A DNA stretch of 64,000 bases. It comes from an uncultured Planctomycetota bacterium. Its GTDB lineage: Bacteria; Planctomycetota; Planctomycetia; Isosphaerales; Isosphaeraceae. Within the stretch, counting starts at the first letter, position 1; each line of letters begins with the position of its first letter. The notes beneath the pieces are model-generated. The model saw only the letters and a program-made list of their open reading frames with translations, ran no database searches and was not told the origin of the DNA. The stretch lies in contig CAWJTV010000002.1 of assembly GCA_963845755.1 (NCBI GenBank), forward strand, positions 1 to 64,000. Direction: 5' to 3'. Of this stretch, positions 1 through 11,911 are shown in pieces. Both the position numbers and the translations under genes were made by a program.

Positions 1-178
1 AGATCGCCGATCGTCAAAGTCGCGGCTCCGTTGATGTCATTCGTGGACGTCCCATCGGCCTCGGCCGTACCCACGTCAACGAATCCCTGGGTGGAAGAGC
101 CAGCCTGGCCATAGGAGTCTGTGAAACGATTGCAGCCAGGGCGATCGCCAGGACGACAACCATTCTGCGACGCATCAT
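1..178 (-). CDS. N-terminus of a secreted protein (signal peptide), runs off the left edge; frameshifted
   Basis: GAGGAGG RBS then MMRRRMVVVLAIALAAIVS; continues in another frame as QGFVDVGTAEADGTSTNDINGAATLTIG. Confidence 0.5.
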
Positions 179-874
179 TCCGTTCCTCCTCTCAAGTTGT
201 CGATGATGCGCTTCATCCCGAAGTGCAGGAGCGATCCGCACCCTTTGGTGCGGATAACAGGGGGGTTTTCCCCAGAACCGATTCTTGCCGCGGCATTGTG
301 CTCAGAGGCACCAGGTGAGTCAAGCTGAATTCGTCTGTGATGTTAAAAATAGATGTTATGTTATGCATGCATTGCTGGTCCGTACTTAACTACCATGCGA
401 CGTCCATGTTCGATTCTCGGCGCATGGCTTTTCGTTCGACACCCCGAGAGGGCGGGAAGTTGCAAACGCTTTCCTACCTTGTCATTGCGTACAAGCCTGC
501 TCGGCTGGCGCCGGTCTCTCGACTCGATATCCAGAGATCACTCGGACCGATGGACATCCGTTATCCTTCGGGACGATTCGACGTGGTTTTGAAAGCCCAG
601 AGAATCTGGTGAAGCTGTCGAATCTCTACATGTCTTCGGCCGCTTGAGCGAGCCCGCTTTCTTCCCGAGGGTGATGGATGCTCGCTATCGGGCCATGATG
701 GTTCGCCTTGCAGATCCGTTCGTCGCGGCGGCACCTGTTCGGGCCGGCTCGAGATCATGACCGCGAATCGGTTGCTTCGTGCTGCGGCACGACAGGGGTC
801 TCCCGACCCAACCCGAGCGCGGGAGGGAATGTCTTGCGACCGGGGGCATAGCCGCGGTGGCTTGAACGATCAGT

Positions 875-1508
875 TCAGCTCAGCATATAAACGGCCCGGT
901 AGATGGGCCGCCCTTCCAGGCGATACTTCCGCTCGAAACTCGTGAGGCATTCCATGTCGTGCTCGGGGCCCTTGGCGACGGGGATCGGTTGCTCGTGGAA
1001 GCGATGGATCGCGGCGATCATGTCCCGGATAATCATGAAGTACTCTTCGACGTCGCTAGCGACATGGAGCTCGCCCCGCTCTTGCAGCGTGCCGCACGAT
1101 CTGGTTGACCAGCACCCCGGTGAAGACGCGACGCTTCTTGTGCCGTTTTTTCCACCAGGGATCCGGGAAATAGACATGGATCGCGTGAAGGCTCTGATCC
1201 TGCAGCCGGCGCATCAGGACGTCGCGTGCATCGCCGGCCCAGACCTTGGCATTCGGAAGGCTGAGTTTCGCCAACCGTTCGGCCGCCAGTCGGGCAGACT
1301 TCGCGCGAGAGCCGACGCCGAGAAAGTTATGCCCGGTCTTGGCCCGGGCGGCATTGGCGAGGAACAGTCCCTTGCCTGAGCCGATCTCGAGCTCAACTGG
1401 TCGATCGTTGCCGAAGAGCGCCACCGCGTCGATGACGGCCGGATCGGTTGCCGGGCCGGGTTCGATCAGGTGGGACGAAACGTCGATGGGCAGGCGAGAG
1501 CGGGACAT
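875..1508 (-). CDS. trmB: tRNA (guanine-N7)-methyltransferase (frameshifted in this sequence)
   Basis: VELEIGSGKG SAM motif, YFPDPWWKKRHKKRR, then GELHVASDVEEYF and TSFERKY in a second frame. Confidence 0.9.
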
Positions 1509-1626
1509 CGTGCGAAGGTCGGTCCGGACATCGCGGCGAGAAGATCGGTTGGAGGCCCCGGGATCTCGAATCCGAAATCTCGGTAGATCCGTAACGGCTG
1601 GGGAAGATCCGTTGGGAGTGTCTAGC

Positions 1627-2133
1627 TCAGCTCCCTCCAGGTCCCTCGTCCTGGCCGGAGATGGGTACGCCGATGATTCGACCATGGAAGACCATGTTGG
1701 TGCCGACGAACCCCTGACAATCGAAGATGGTATGCCGACGGTGAAGGCGCAGGGCTTTGCCGATGAGGACCAGCCGGTCGCCGGGTCGGACCTGGCCACG
1801 AAATCGCACCTCCTCCATTCCGCCGAAGGCGATGAATCCCTCGTCGTTGAGGTGGACCTGTTGGCAGAAGAAGCTCGAAAGCTGCGCGGCGGCCTCGCAC
1901 ATGAGGACCCCGGGAAGCAACGGGTAGCCAGGCATGTGGCCCCGCACCCAGAACTCGTCGGAACCAACATCCTTGTAGCCGATGACCAGGTTGTTCTCCA
2001 GGTCGAGGTCAATGATGGCCGTGATCTGTTCCATCTCGAACCGTTGCGGATTCGAGCGACGGATTCCCTCCCGGTTGACCAGGACGCGCGAGGTATCGAT
2101 GGAGGCGGGGTCGACCAGGGGCGCTGGCGGCAT
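1627..2133 (-). CDS. fabZ: 3-hydroxyacyl-ACP dehydratase, FabA/FabZ family
   Basis: NPQRFEM, EFWVRGHMPGYPLLPGVLMCEAAAQ, VRFRGQVRPGD hot-dog fold motifs. Confidence 0.85.
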   Translation of the reverse strand: MPPAPLVDPASIDTSRVLVNREGIRRSNPQRFEMEQITAIIDLDLENNLVIGYKDVGSDEFWVRGHMPGYPLLPGVLMCEAAAQLSSFFCQQVHLNDEGFIAFGGMEEVRFRGQVRPGDRLVLIGKALRLHRRHTIFDCQGFVGTNMVFHGRIIGVPISGQDEGPGGS

Positions 2134-2308
2134 TGCGCGCGGATCCTTTCTCGTTTCAATCCGCTCCCGAGCTGGGTTCGGGAGACGCCGCGATGGTGTC
2201 GCTTCGCGACGATCTTTATGATGACTTCCGCCGACAACTTCGACAAGGGGGATCATTACCTTGGCTAGCGGTTCCACTCGGACCGGACCACCGATTGGAG
2301 AAAGCATC

Positions 2309-3134
2309 GTGAGCGTACGAGCCCTAGGTACCATGGTGACTTACGGTTACCCGGACCTCGACCTGGACGACGAACTGGTGCTGGCAACCCGTTTCGGTGT
2401 TGAGGTCCTGGAGATCCTGCCGGACTGGAGTCGATTCCCAGATCCCGGTCTGGTCCGGCGCGGCGCAGCCGACCATGGGCTGGCGATTCGATACGCGCCC
2501 ACGGATGCTGGGGGAGCCGAACCATCCGCGCCACGCGAGTCGACCTGGGTGCGACCGACCCGACCATCCACCGCAACTCGATCGACGACCTGATACGGTG
2601 CGCCGATTGGCTGAATGAGGCCGGAGGTACCTGCCTCGTCGTGCATCCCGGCGGGTTGTCGGACCCGGCCGAAGGGGAGGCCCGTCGCGCATTGCTGCGC
2701 GCGGGCTCATCGCACTGGCCGAGCACGCCACCGGGCTGCACGTCCGGATTTGCGTCGAGAACATGCCTCCGGGCGTCTATCCCGGCAGCCGGATGGCCGA
2801 ACTCGCTCAGCTCCTGACCGAGCTGAACCACCCCAAGTTGGCCCTGGCGCTCGACACCGGGCACGCCAACCTCACCGCCTCGCCTCACGACGAGACATAC
2901 GCCGCCGGTTCTCTCTTAATGACGACCCACGTCCACGACAATAACGGAAGGCAGGACTCCCACCTGCCGCCCGGTCATGGCACCATCGACTGGCTGGCCT
3001 GGGGCCGGGACCTCGATGCCATCGCCTACACCGGACCGATCATGCTGGAATGCATCCGCCATCTTCGACAGCGGCCGACCGACTACCGCCCTGAGGTCCT
3101 GCGGGGGCTCGTGCGGCCGTCGCGGGATGAGTGA
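2309..3134 (+). CDS. Sugar phosphate isomerase/epimerase, xylose isomerase-like TIM barrel (frameshifted)
   Basis: VVHPG, ICVENMP, LALDTGHAN, THVHDNNGRQDSHLPPGHGTIDW, IMLE motifs spread over 3 frames. Confidence 0.8.
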
Positions 3135-3443
3135 CAGGAGCCCCGGGGCTCCCACTTACGTCCTCGGAACCCGCCGAACAACCGGCATCGGACGGCGTGG
3201 TGATCGTCTGTGAAAAAAATCACCAAGTCTCTAGATCCCATATGATTTGGGATCTCATATGAGCAAAACGAATCCAGTAGTTCAAAAGGTCCTTGCATCT
3301 GCTTGACTTGGGAGGGAGAATCGGTGCATGATCATCGAAGTGTCAAGCGACGGAGAGCGGACAGAGCGTCTCCTTTGCACGGCGTCCACCGGCGCGCCAT
3401 TGACTGGAAGCCCACGAATCGGTCCAGCCTCAGTGAGGTGGCA

Positions 3444-5437
3444 ATGAGCACGGTGCAGGTCGAGATCGGCAAGGCCGGGCAGGCCCCGGTGGCAGTCGAA
3501 CAACCCGTCTCGGAATCGTACGAGTATCCGGGTACGCCGACGACGTGCGACGGGGCAGAAGCCGTCGTCCACGTCGAAATCCACGTCGCCCAGGCGGCCG
3601 GCGCATACCCGATCACGAGCTCGACGACGATGGGAGGGGGGTTCAACGCGGCCGTGACCAACGGGTTGAAGAACCTCTGGGGCGACGAGCTGGTCTTCTT
3701 CGAGCCGGAGAGCGAGCACTCCGCGGCCACGGTCTGCGAGGGATTCGCCGTCGCCGGGGGTCGGGTCACCAATTTCACCTCCGGCCAGGGGCTGGTGTTG
3801 ATGAAGGAGGTGCTGTACACGATCTCGGGCAAACGTCTACCGGTCGTGATGAACATCGGCGCCCGGGCCTTGACCAGCCAGGGACTCAACGTCCACGCCG
3901 GACATGACGATGTGATGGCGGTTGCCGACTGCGGCTGGGGCATGATATTCGCCCGTAACGCCCAGGAGGCGGGCGACTTCTGCCTGATCGCCCGCCGCAC
4001 CGCCGAAGCCACTCAGACTCCGTTCTTCAGCGTCCAGGACGGCTTCCTCACCACGCATACCGTCGAGACGGTCCGGCTCCCCGAGCCGGCGTTCATGAAG
4101 GAGTTCATCGGCGACCCCAAGGAGAAACTGGTCAACCTGATGGACCCGGCCAACCCGTTGATGTCGGGCGTCGTCCAGAACCAGGACTCCTACATGAAGG
4201 GCAAGATCGCCCAGCGCCGGTACTACCAGAAGTGCGAGCCCGCCCTGGAGAACGCCTTTGCCGAGTTCGCCCGCAAGACCGGCCGGCAGTATGACTTTCT
4301 CGAACCCTACCGGTGCGAAGATGCCGACTACATCCTGATCGGCATGGGTTGCTACATGGAGACCGCCAAGGCGACCGTGGACTACTTGCGCAATGTTCAC
4401 GGGATCGCGGCCGGCTGCCTGACCGTGTTCGTCTTCCGGCCGTTCCCGGCGCGCCAGCTTGTCAAGGCTCTGAGCGACTGCCGGGCGGTCACGGTCTTCG
4501 ATCGGATGGACGACCCTCTCTCCACGACGGGCAACCACCTGGCCCGCGAGCTCAAGGCGGCCTTCTGCGACGCCGTCAATGGCCAGAACGGACAGGATCG
4601 GATCGACCAGATCCCGAGAATCTACGGCGCGGCGGCCGGGCTGGGCAGTCGCGACGTCCGGCCCGGAGACATCATCGCCGCGTTCCAGAACATGATCGAC
4701 GACGGGCCTGACTTCTATTGCCTCGGCATCGATCACCCCCTGGCGCTGAAGGTCACCGAGGACCCCGACCTGCGACCGCCGGGGGGCTTCTCGATGCGCG
4801 GGCACTCCGTCGGCGGATTCGGCTCGGTGACGACCAACAAGGTCATCGCCACGATCGCCGGCGACGTCTTCGGCAAGGACGTCCAGGCGTATCCCAAGTA
4901 CGGCTCGGAGAAGAAGGGGCTTCCCACCACCTATTACCTGACCATCGCCGACTTGCACATCAACACCCACTGCGAGCTCGAGCAGGTTGACCTGATCTGC
5001 GTCAACGACCCGACCGCGATCCTCAGCGCGGAGCCATTCAAGGGCATGCTGCCCGGAGGGGCGGTCTTCTTGCAATCCCCCTATATGGATCCGATCGATG
5101 TCTGGAAGCGAATCCCCGAGTTCAACCGCCGGACCATCCGCGACAAGAAGCTCCGCGTCTACTACGCCGACATGGTCAAGATCTGCGCGAGGTCGCTTCG
5201 GTCGCCGATCTCCAGATGAGGATGCAGGGAATCGTGCTCCTGGGCGCATTCCTGCGACTCACCCCCTACGCGCGCCAGAGCGAGATGAGCGACGAGCAGG
5301 TCTACGCGGGGGTCGAGAGAGCCCTCCGCAAGTACTTCGGCAAGCGCGGCGATCGCATCGTCCAGGACAACCTGACCTGCGTCAAGCGGGGCTACAGTGA
5401 GATGAAAGAAGTTCCCGCGGACTTGATTCATTCCTGA
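3444..5437 (+). CDS. Pyruvate:ferredoxin (2-oxoacid:acceptor) oxidoreductase, N-terminal alpha+gamma subunit (one frameshift near 5190)
   Basis: AYPITSS, ESEHSAA, FTSGQGLVLMKE, DGFLTTH, GHSVGGFGSVTTNK, YGSEKKG. Confidence 0.92.
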
Positions 5438-5482
5438 CAGTAAACCCGAAATTGAAAACGGAACACATACAAGGACTGACCC

Positions 5483-7133
5483 ATGGCACAACTCGCCCCT
5501 CCCAAGCCCTCGATGAACGAAGCCAGTGAGCAGGATCCGTTTAACAACAATTCCTACGGCAGCCTGGTCGACAGCCCCTACAAGATGGTGAATCTCCCGG
5601 TCCTGGACGTGCTCGACTTCAACGAGCGGATCATCCGCGGCTACGAAGAGGGTACGGCCGAGAAGGAGATGCCGGCCGACTTGACCCTGGCCCGCTCGCT
5701 GGTCCCCTCCGGGACGGCCACGCTCCGCGACTTCAGCAACATCTCGCCGGAAATCCCGTTGTACATCACCGAGAATTGCACCGGCTGCATGGACTGCGTG
5801 ACCGAGTGCCCCGACACGGCGATCCTGGGCAAGGTCCTGTCCGAGCCCCAACTTGAGGAGAAACTCCAGTCGATCGCCGACTCCGACGATCGGGCGATGT
5901 TTCAGTCGCAGTGGTCGCGGACCAAGAAGTACTACGACGCCCCGAAGAAGAAGGGGCTGGCCGGTGGCATGTTCAACATCATCATCGACCCGAGCAAGTG
6001 CAAGGGATGTCGCCGAGTGTGTCACCGTCTGCGATGACAACGCGCTGAAGATGATCGCCAAGACCGACGACGTGATGGTCAACTCACGCAAGAGTCACCG
6101 GTTCTTCAAGAACTTCGGGCCCAGCAACGACCAGTACATCAACGAGAGCCTGCTCATCGACATGATGCTCAAGGAGCAGACGCTGCTCTACACTGGCGGG
6201 GCCGGGTCGTGCGCCGGCTGCGGCGAGGGGACGGCCCTGCGGATGCTCTGTGCCGCGACCGGCTGGAAGTACAACGACCAGTGGGGCATCGTCGCGGCGA
6301 CGGGGTGCAACACGGTCTACACCTCGACCTACCCGTATAACCCCTACCTGGTCCCCTGGACCAACTCGCTATTCGAGAACGCCCCGGCCGATGCCATCGG
6401 CGTCCGGTTGCGGTGGGATCAGATGGGTTGGGCCGATAAGCCGCTGTGGTGCATCGGCGGCGACGGCGCCATGTTTGACATCGGCTTCCAGTCGCTGTCG
6501 CGAATGTTGGCCAGTGGCATGAACATCAAGGTGTTTGTGCTCGATACCCAGGTGTACTCCAACACGGGCGGCCAGGCCTCGACCAGCAGCTACACCGGCC
6601 AGAACACCAAGATGAGCGTGCACGGCAAGTCCATAGGAGGCAAGCAGGAGCGCCGCAAGGAGATCGCCCAGATTGCCATGATGCACCCGCGCACTTTCGT
6701 CGCCCAGACCACTTGCGCCCACGTCAACCACTTCTACAAGTCGGTACTTGGTGCACTCGAATTCGACGGCCCCGCCGTCATCTCTTGTTATACGACCTGC
6801 CAGCCCGAACACGGCGTCGCCGATAACATGGCCGGCGAACAGGCACGCCTGGCCGTCGACACCCGGGCGTTTCCCCTGTTGATCTACGACCCTCGCAAGG
6901 GGAACACCATCCGGGAACGGCTCTCGCTCCAGGGCAACCCGTCCATGAAGGACGATTGGTACACCAACCCCAAGACCAAGGAGACGGTCAGCTTCATCGA
7001 CTTTGCCCGTAGCGAAGGACGCTTCTCCAAGCACTTCGACCATGACGGCAACCCATCGGAAACCCTGAACCGCGTTAATGAGGATCGCCTTGACAACTGG
7101 CACACCCTCCAGGAGCTCGCCGGTCTGAGGTGA
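5483..7133 (+). CDS. Pyruvate:ferredoxin oxidoreductase, 4Fe-4S ferredoxin + TPP-binding beta subunit (one frameshift near 6010)
   Basis: CTGCMDCVTECP and CKGC..CVTVC clusters, GSCAGCGE, ATGCNTVY, GGDGAMFDIG, DTQVYSNTGGQ. Confidence 0.92.
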
Positions 7134-7882
7134 GGCCACGGAGTGTCAACCTCGCATGAGATGGGGCGGCTCAGCGCCGCCCCTCTCTTGCTGCGAGGTC
7201 GAGTCCTGATCGGCTTCTTTCCGGGAGAGGGCCAAAGGACGCTTACCCGACCCGGCGACGAGGCATTGGGCCGCAGGATGGACTCGCGGCGGAGGTCCAG
7301 GAGTTCGATGACAAAGATTGGTGGGATCGTGGGTAGCGGACCTGACGGCCTCCGATACGAGTAAACGGGCCGCCGGGTCTTCAATGTAAAATTCGGATAT
7401 CACATCGGCACTCACGTTCGATGCATCCTTATCCCGGAAGCGGGTCAACGACTGTCGGCCTCATTCCTCCGCCGTCGCCTCGGCTCGAATTCGAAGGTTG
7501 ACCTCGAGAATTTCGTGTCTGCTTCCGGCATACCTCTCACAACACACCGCCGAGGGCGTTCTCCCGCTTCGAGGATCGGAGCGTCCAGAGTATCTGGATC
7601 GTCGAAATCGGCGACGATGCGGATGCCGTCGAGACTCCAGGCTTTCTCCTGCCCACGATAGGTCTTTGACTCCTCCGCGGGAAACCGATTTCGGTTCTCG
7701 ATCTGCTGTCCGTTTGCAATCTGATCGGCTGGCGATTGGTCGGTCGTCAGGATGACATCCAGGGATTTGAGGCCTTCCACAAGGTCCCCACGATTTGATG
7801 TTAACGGGAGCGGCCTCGTTCGTCAAAATGAGAGGCAGAGTAGCCCATGCCATCTCCAAGTATGATCTCGGGGAGTCAACCG

Positions 7883-8203
7883 ATGACGACCGCACCGTTG
7901 GCCGTCCATGAGTATTGTGCCGGTGGGCTCGATCAGGCCATGGAGTTCCTCAAGCGCACGCGGTCCGAGCTGCGCATGCTCCGGATGGTCCGCGTGGCGA
8001 AGGATTCCCTGCGCATCTATGATGTCAATGGGGACCTCTTCGAGATCCGGGGCCTCGGCTATCCCGACCCCGACTTGATCCCGCTGTTGCAGAGCATCAA
8101 CGCCGTTTACAATCCGAACACGATTCACGAGCCCACCGAGGCGGAATACAAGGAATTCAAGACCGGCCGGTGCCGGCCCTGGGCCGAGGATCGCGTGATG
8201 TGA
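7883..8203 (+). CDS. Hypothetical protein
   Basis: GGAG RBS, host-like codon usage, ~106 aa, apparent operon with downstream GNAT. Confidence 0.65.
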   Translation: MTTAPLAVHEYCAGGLDQAMEFLKRTRSELRMLRMVRVAKDSLRIYDVNGDLFEIRGLGYPDPDLIPLLQSINAVYNPNTIHEPTEAEYKEFKTGRCRPWAEDRVM

Positions 8204-8237
8204 CGGGCGGGCGGCCGGGGAGGAGGGCCTGTACTCC

Positions 8238-8645
8238 ATGGACATCGTCTACACGATCGAGTCCTATCCCGCGCTGAGTGTCGAGGAATTCCTCAGCGTC
8301 TTGCGACGATCCACGCTGGCGGAGCGCCGGCCGGTTGACGAGCCGGAGACGGTACGTGGAATGCTGGAAAACGCCGACCTGCTCGTGGCGGCCCGGTTGG
8401 AGGGGCTGCTGGTGGGGATCTCCCGGGCGATTACCGACTACCATTTTTGCACGTATCTCTCCGATCTCGCGGTCAACGAAGCGTATCAGCGCCAGGGAAT
8501 CGGCCAGGAGCTGATCCGTCGGACCCACGAAGCGGCCGGACGAAAGACGCACTTGATCCTACTCGCCGCTCCCAAGGCGAGAGACTATTACCCGCATATC
8601 GGTATGGCCGCCCACGACTCGTGCTGGATGATTCCCCGCCTGTGA
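8238..8645 (+). CDS. GNAT family N-acetyltransferase
   Basis: [21 protein letters not shown] acetyl-CoA binding motif; [15 protein letters not shown]. Confidence 0.88.
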   Translation: MDIVYTIESYPALSVEEFLSVLRRSTLAERRPVDEPETVRGMLENADLLVAARLEGLLVGISRAITDYHFCTYLSDLAVNEAYQRQGIGQELIRRTHEAAGRKTHLILLAAPKARDYYPHIGMAAHDSCWMIPRL

Positions 8646-8775
8646 CGACCTGGAGTCTTCCTCGCTGGGGAATGGTCAACCGCGGAGGATCATGGCATAA
8701 TCCACAGGAAGGACATGAGTGGAGAAGTCCGAAGGGAAACCTACGGAACACCCTATTCGGAAAGCGGGCATCGAC

Positions 8776-9465
8776 ATGTCAGGGATCCACAGGACCACGC
8801 GAGTTGCCTCGGTGCTCGGCCTGCTTCTCGCCTCGGGCCAATGCTTCGAGTCCATAGCCTGGGGTCAGGGCGCTATCGCCTTCCAACCGGTTATCGGTTT
8901 CGTGCCCGATGGTGCCGCTGTTAACGTGATGCCAGTCGTCTCGGCCGACCGTCGTTATGTCCGCCTTAGCGTCAATCCCTATTTCACGACAGCCTTCGGC
9001 TTTACGACCTATCAGTCACAACTGGGCGCTGTCGGTGGCGTGGGCTTTGCCGGAATGAATGGCGCGATGGGTGGCGGTGGTGCTGGCGTGGGTGGCGGTG
9101 CGGGTGTTGGCGGCGTCGGTCTCGGGAATGGGGCAGGGGGGCCATTCGGCCAGTTCGGTCGGCCGGATACGGGCACTTATGTTGCCGGAGACTATCCTTT
9201 AACTTCCGTCGGCATCGCTCAGGGCTTCCCTCAGGGTGGCTTCCCCGCCAGCAGAGATGCTTTCGACCAGGCGAGCGACGAGTCGCAACCGGGAGTGGAT
9301 GGTGGCCTTGGAGTGGCGAGCCCTCTTCGACCTGACCCGCCAGCAATATCCGGGACGGCTCAGGCTCGATCAGTTCGCACCGCGCCGCGGTCGAAAAGTG
9401 TCCGGAGGCCAGCCGCACGGAAACCGACTCGAAGCACGAGTAAGTCCAAGGCCTCCGCCCGCTGA
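8776..9465 (+). CDS. Secreted Gly-rich protein with planctomycete VVSADRRYVRLS motif
   Basis: Signal peptide, FQPVIGFVPDG...PVVSADRRYVRLSVNPYF, Gly-rich and basic low-complexity tail. Confidence 0.65.
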   Translation: MSGIHRTTRVASVLGLLLASGQCFESIAWGQGAIAFQPVIGFVPDGAAVNVMPVVSADRRYVRLSVNPYFTTAFGFTTYQSQLGAVGGVGFAGMNGAMGGGGAGVGGGAGVGGVGLGNGAGGPFGQFGRPDTGTYVAGDYPLTSVGIAQGFPQGGFPASRDAFDQASDESQPGVDGGLGVASPLRPDPPAISGTAQARSVRTAPRSKSVRRPAARKPTRSTSKSKASAR

Positions 9466-9581
9466 CCTGCAAGGCCGATTCGATCGCGGTCGTACGGATG
9501 GATAAAATCCCTCATGGGAGATATCAAACATCTCCCGACCGATTCTGGTCTCACAAGTTCGATTGCCGCATTGTCGGGTGA

Positions 9582-10427
9582 TTACGCCGATCGGTGCTGG
9601 GGATCGAAGTGTTTGACGAGGGTGACCTCGTTACCGCGCTGATTGTACCGGAAGTCGTCAACCAGTCCACGGGCGAGCATGATCCCAAATCCGCCCTCGC
9701 GGAGCCCGAGCTCGTTGCGGATCTCCAGATGCCGGATGGGATCTTCATCCGAAGCGGCGTGCGGGAGGTCACGGGGATCGAAACCAGGGCCCTGGTCCTG
9801 AATGATGAGCGTCACTGACGCCGGGTCGATCCGGTAAGTGATCCGCAGGACCAGCTCGGCGTTCTTCCGATGGCCCCATTCGATGGCGTTGCCCCCCATC
9901 TCCATTACAGCCTGCTTCAGGTCCTTGATGTGGCGTTCGGTCAAGGGGGTATGGGCGAAGAGATCCGCTAACAGGTCGCTGGCTTGGGCCAGGTAGGTCA
10001 GCTCGCTTCGGATATCGAAATTGATCTCGCCGGTCGTCCCCTTCTGTAGGTGCTCGTCATGCCACGCGAGCACATCATCCATGATCTGATAGAGTTGCGC
10101 CGGTGTGAATGGTTTGATCAGGTAGCCATTGGCTCCGACCCGCACGCCGGCCGCTCGTTCCTTGGTGTCGTGGTGTGCGGTGACCATCACGATGGGGATG
10201 AGGTTCGTCTTGCGATCGCGCTTCAGCCGATCGCACAGCTCAAACCCGTTAATGTCGGGCAGGGCCAGGTCGATGAGGATCAGGTCGGGCTGGCGCCGGC
10301 TCACCTCGACGAGGGCCTCGTCTCCCGAGTAAACCTGGACCGGTTCGAAACCACGAGGCCGAACGAGAGTAGCCAGGAGATCATTTGTGTCGCGCTCATT
10401 GTGAACGACCAAAACAGTGCGCGGCAT
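9582..10427 (-). CDS. Response regulator receiver fused to RsbW-like HATPase (anti-sigma kinase) domain
   Basis: PDLILIDLALPDINGFE, IVMVTA, YLIKPF; EMGGNAIEWG, DQGPGFD, GGFGIML. Confidence 0.88.
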   Translation of the reverse strand: MPRTVLVVHNERDTNDLLATLVRPRGFEPVQVYSGDEALVEVSRRQPDLILIDLALPDINGFELCDRLKRDRKTNLIPIVMVTAHHDTKERAAGVRVGANGYLIKPFTPAQLYQIMDDVLAWHDEHLQKGTTGEINFDIRSELTYLAQASDLLADLFAHTPLTERHIKDLKQAVMEMGGNAIEWGHRKNAELVLRITYRIDPASVTLIIQDQGPGFDPRDLPHAASDEDPIRHLEIRNELGLREGGFGIMLARGLVDDFRYNQRGNEVTLVKHFDPQHRSA

Positions 10428-10755
10428 GGCAAGACCCGTAGAGCCTACGATAGTACGACCGCTCCCTGTGGCGGAGTCGGTCCAGGATTGGCTAGATTCA
10501 TTCTCTCGCGCCGAACCCTGCGTGGCAAGGCTTTGCACCGACGGGACGTTCTGAACGATCGGATCGGCCCTTCTGGGGAGTGTGGGAGTAGCCCAGGAAG
10601 TCGAGATGCGCCTCCCTCTTGCGAGAGCCCCGGCCCCGACGGCACAATTGAGGAATGAGGTTGCATGTCCGACTGTGACTTTCTCCGCTTCCCCACCGCA
10701 CCGCCGGCGCACTCGAACGACCGTCAACGGACGTCGCTTGTTGGAACGTAAACCC

Positions 10756-11388
10756 ATGAACGTCACGCAGATCATCGACGCTTTCGGTTACGTGATTTAT
10801 GGGGCACTGGCCGTCCTGGCCGTCTGGGGCACCTATAATGGAATCTTACTTTATCGCAGCCTTGCCAAGAAATCGCTGCGCAACCCTTCGGAGTTGATCG
10901 ACCAGGTCCGCGAGTTAGGCCGTGCACGCCAGTGGGACAAGGCGGTCAACCTCTGTCAAACCCCTCAGTACTGGCACTCGGCGCTGGCGAAACTCATCGC
11001 GGTGGCGATCAAGAACCGCGAAAAGGGGCTGGCCAAGATCAGGCAACTGGTGGTCACGGAGTTCCACAGCGAGGTCGTCGCGGGTATGGAGAATCGACTG
11101 GGTTCGGTCTCGACGATCGTACGGATGGGGCCGCTCCTGGGTCTTCTGGGCACGGTGGCAAGCATGATTCGCGCGTTCGGCCGCATCGGCGGCTCCGAAA
11201 AGGTGAATCCGCAGGCCCTGGCTCAGGACATCAGCCTGGCGTTGTGGGCGACCGGCGCGGGACTGTTGATCGCCAACCCCATGATGCTGATAGGAAACGA
11301 CGTCCATGCCCGGCTCAGGCGGCTCCGCGATCGCACGGAGCGACAACTCCAGGACGTCCTCGAAATTCTCGAGAAAGACCACGCGTAA
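10756..11388 (+). CDS. exbB: MotA/TolQ/ExbB proton channel family protein
   Basis: GPLLGLLGTVASMIRAF and ISLALWATGAGLLIA transmembrane motifs. Confidence 0.88.
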   Translation: MNVTQIIDAFGYVIYGALAVLAVWGTYNGILLYRSLAKKSLRNPSELIDQVRELGRARQWDKAVNLCQTPQYWHSALAKLIAVAIKNREKGLAKIRQLVVTEFHSEVVAGMENRLGSVSTIVRMGPLLGLLGTVASMIRAFGRIGGSEKVNPQALAQDISLALWATGAGLLIANPMMLIGNDVHARLRRLRDRTERQLQDVLEILEKDHA

Positions 11389-11454
11389 TCGATATCCCGG
11401 CCACCGAGAATCCAATCGTCCGGATCTGAGAAACCGACGAGGGAACCTGCCGCC

Positions 11455-11878
11455 ATGCTACTCCGCCGCGACATCGATGAGGAACGGAACGAGCACATCG
11501 ACATGACGCCGATGGTCAACGTGGTTTTCCAGCTCATGACCTTCATGCTCTTTTCCATCCAAATGAGCGGGGGCGAGAAAGTCAACGTGCCCCCGGCTCG
11601 GCACGGGGTCGGTGTGGAGGAATCGTCGGCGACATTCCTGACTCTGACCAAACCCCCGACCGCTGGGGGTGAGTCGCGATTGTTGCTGGGTCATGGAGAA
11701 GGGTCGCCGGCCACGCTGGAACAGGCGCGGCAGGCGGTCGTGAACGGCGCCAAAGCGGGTCGGCGCAAGGTGATCCTCCAGGCCGATGGAGACGTCCCGC
11801 ATGGCGACGTCCTCAAGGTCGCCGCCGCCGTCGCCCAGGTCGAGGGGATTACGGTCCATGTCGGCGTCCAGGAACTGA
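11455..11878 (+). CDS. exbD: Biopolymer transporter ExbD/TolR (true stop probably near 11878; the predicted ORF reads on through a likely indel)
   Basis: IDMTPMVNVVFQLMTFML and VILQADGDVPHGDV. Confidence 0.82.
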
Positions 11879-11911
11879 CTGGCACTCCATGGCGCGGCGC
11901 AGGGATCTCTC

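Noticed and set aside
7140..7880. Long intergenic region after PFOR as ncRNA or small genes
   Set aside because: No recognisable RNA motif, terminator or convincing ORF.
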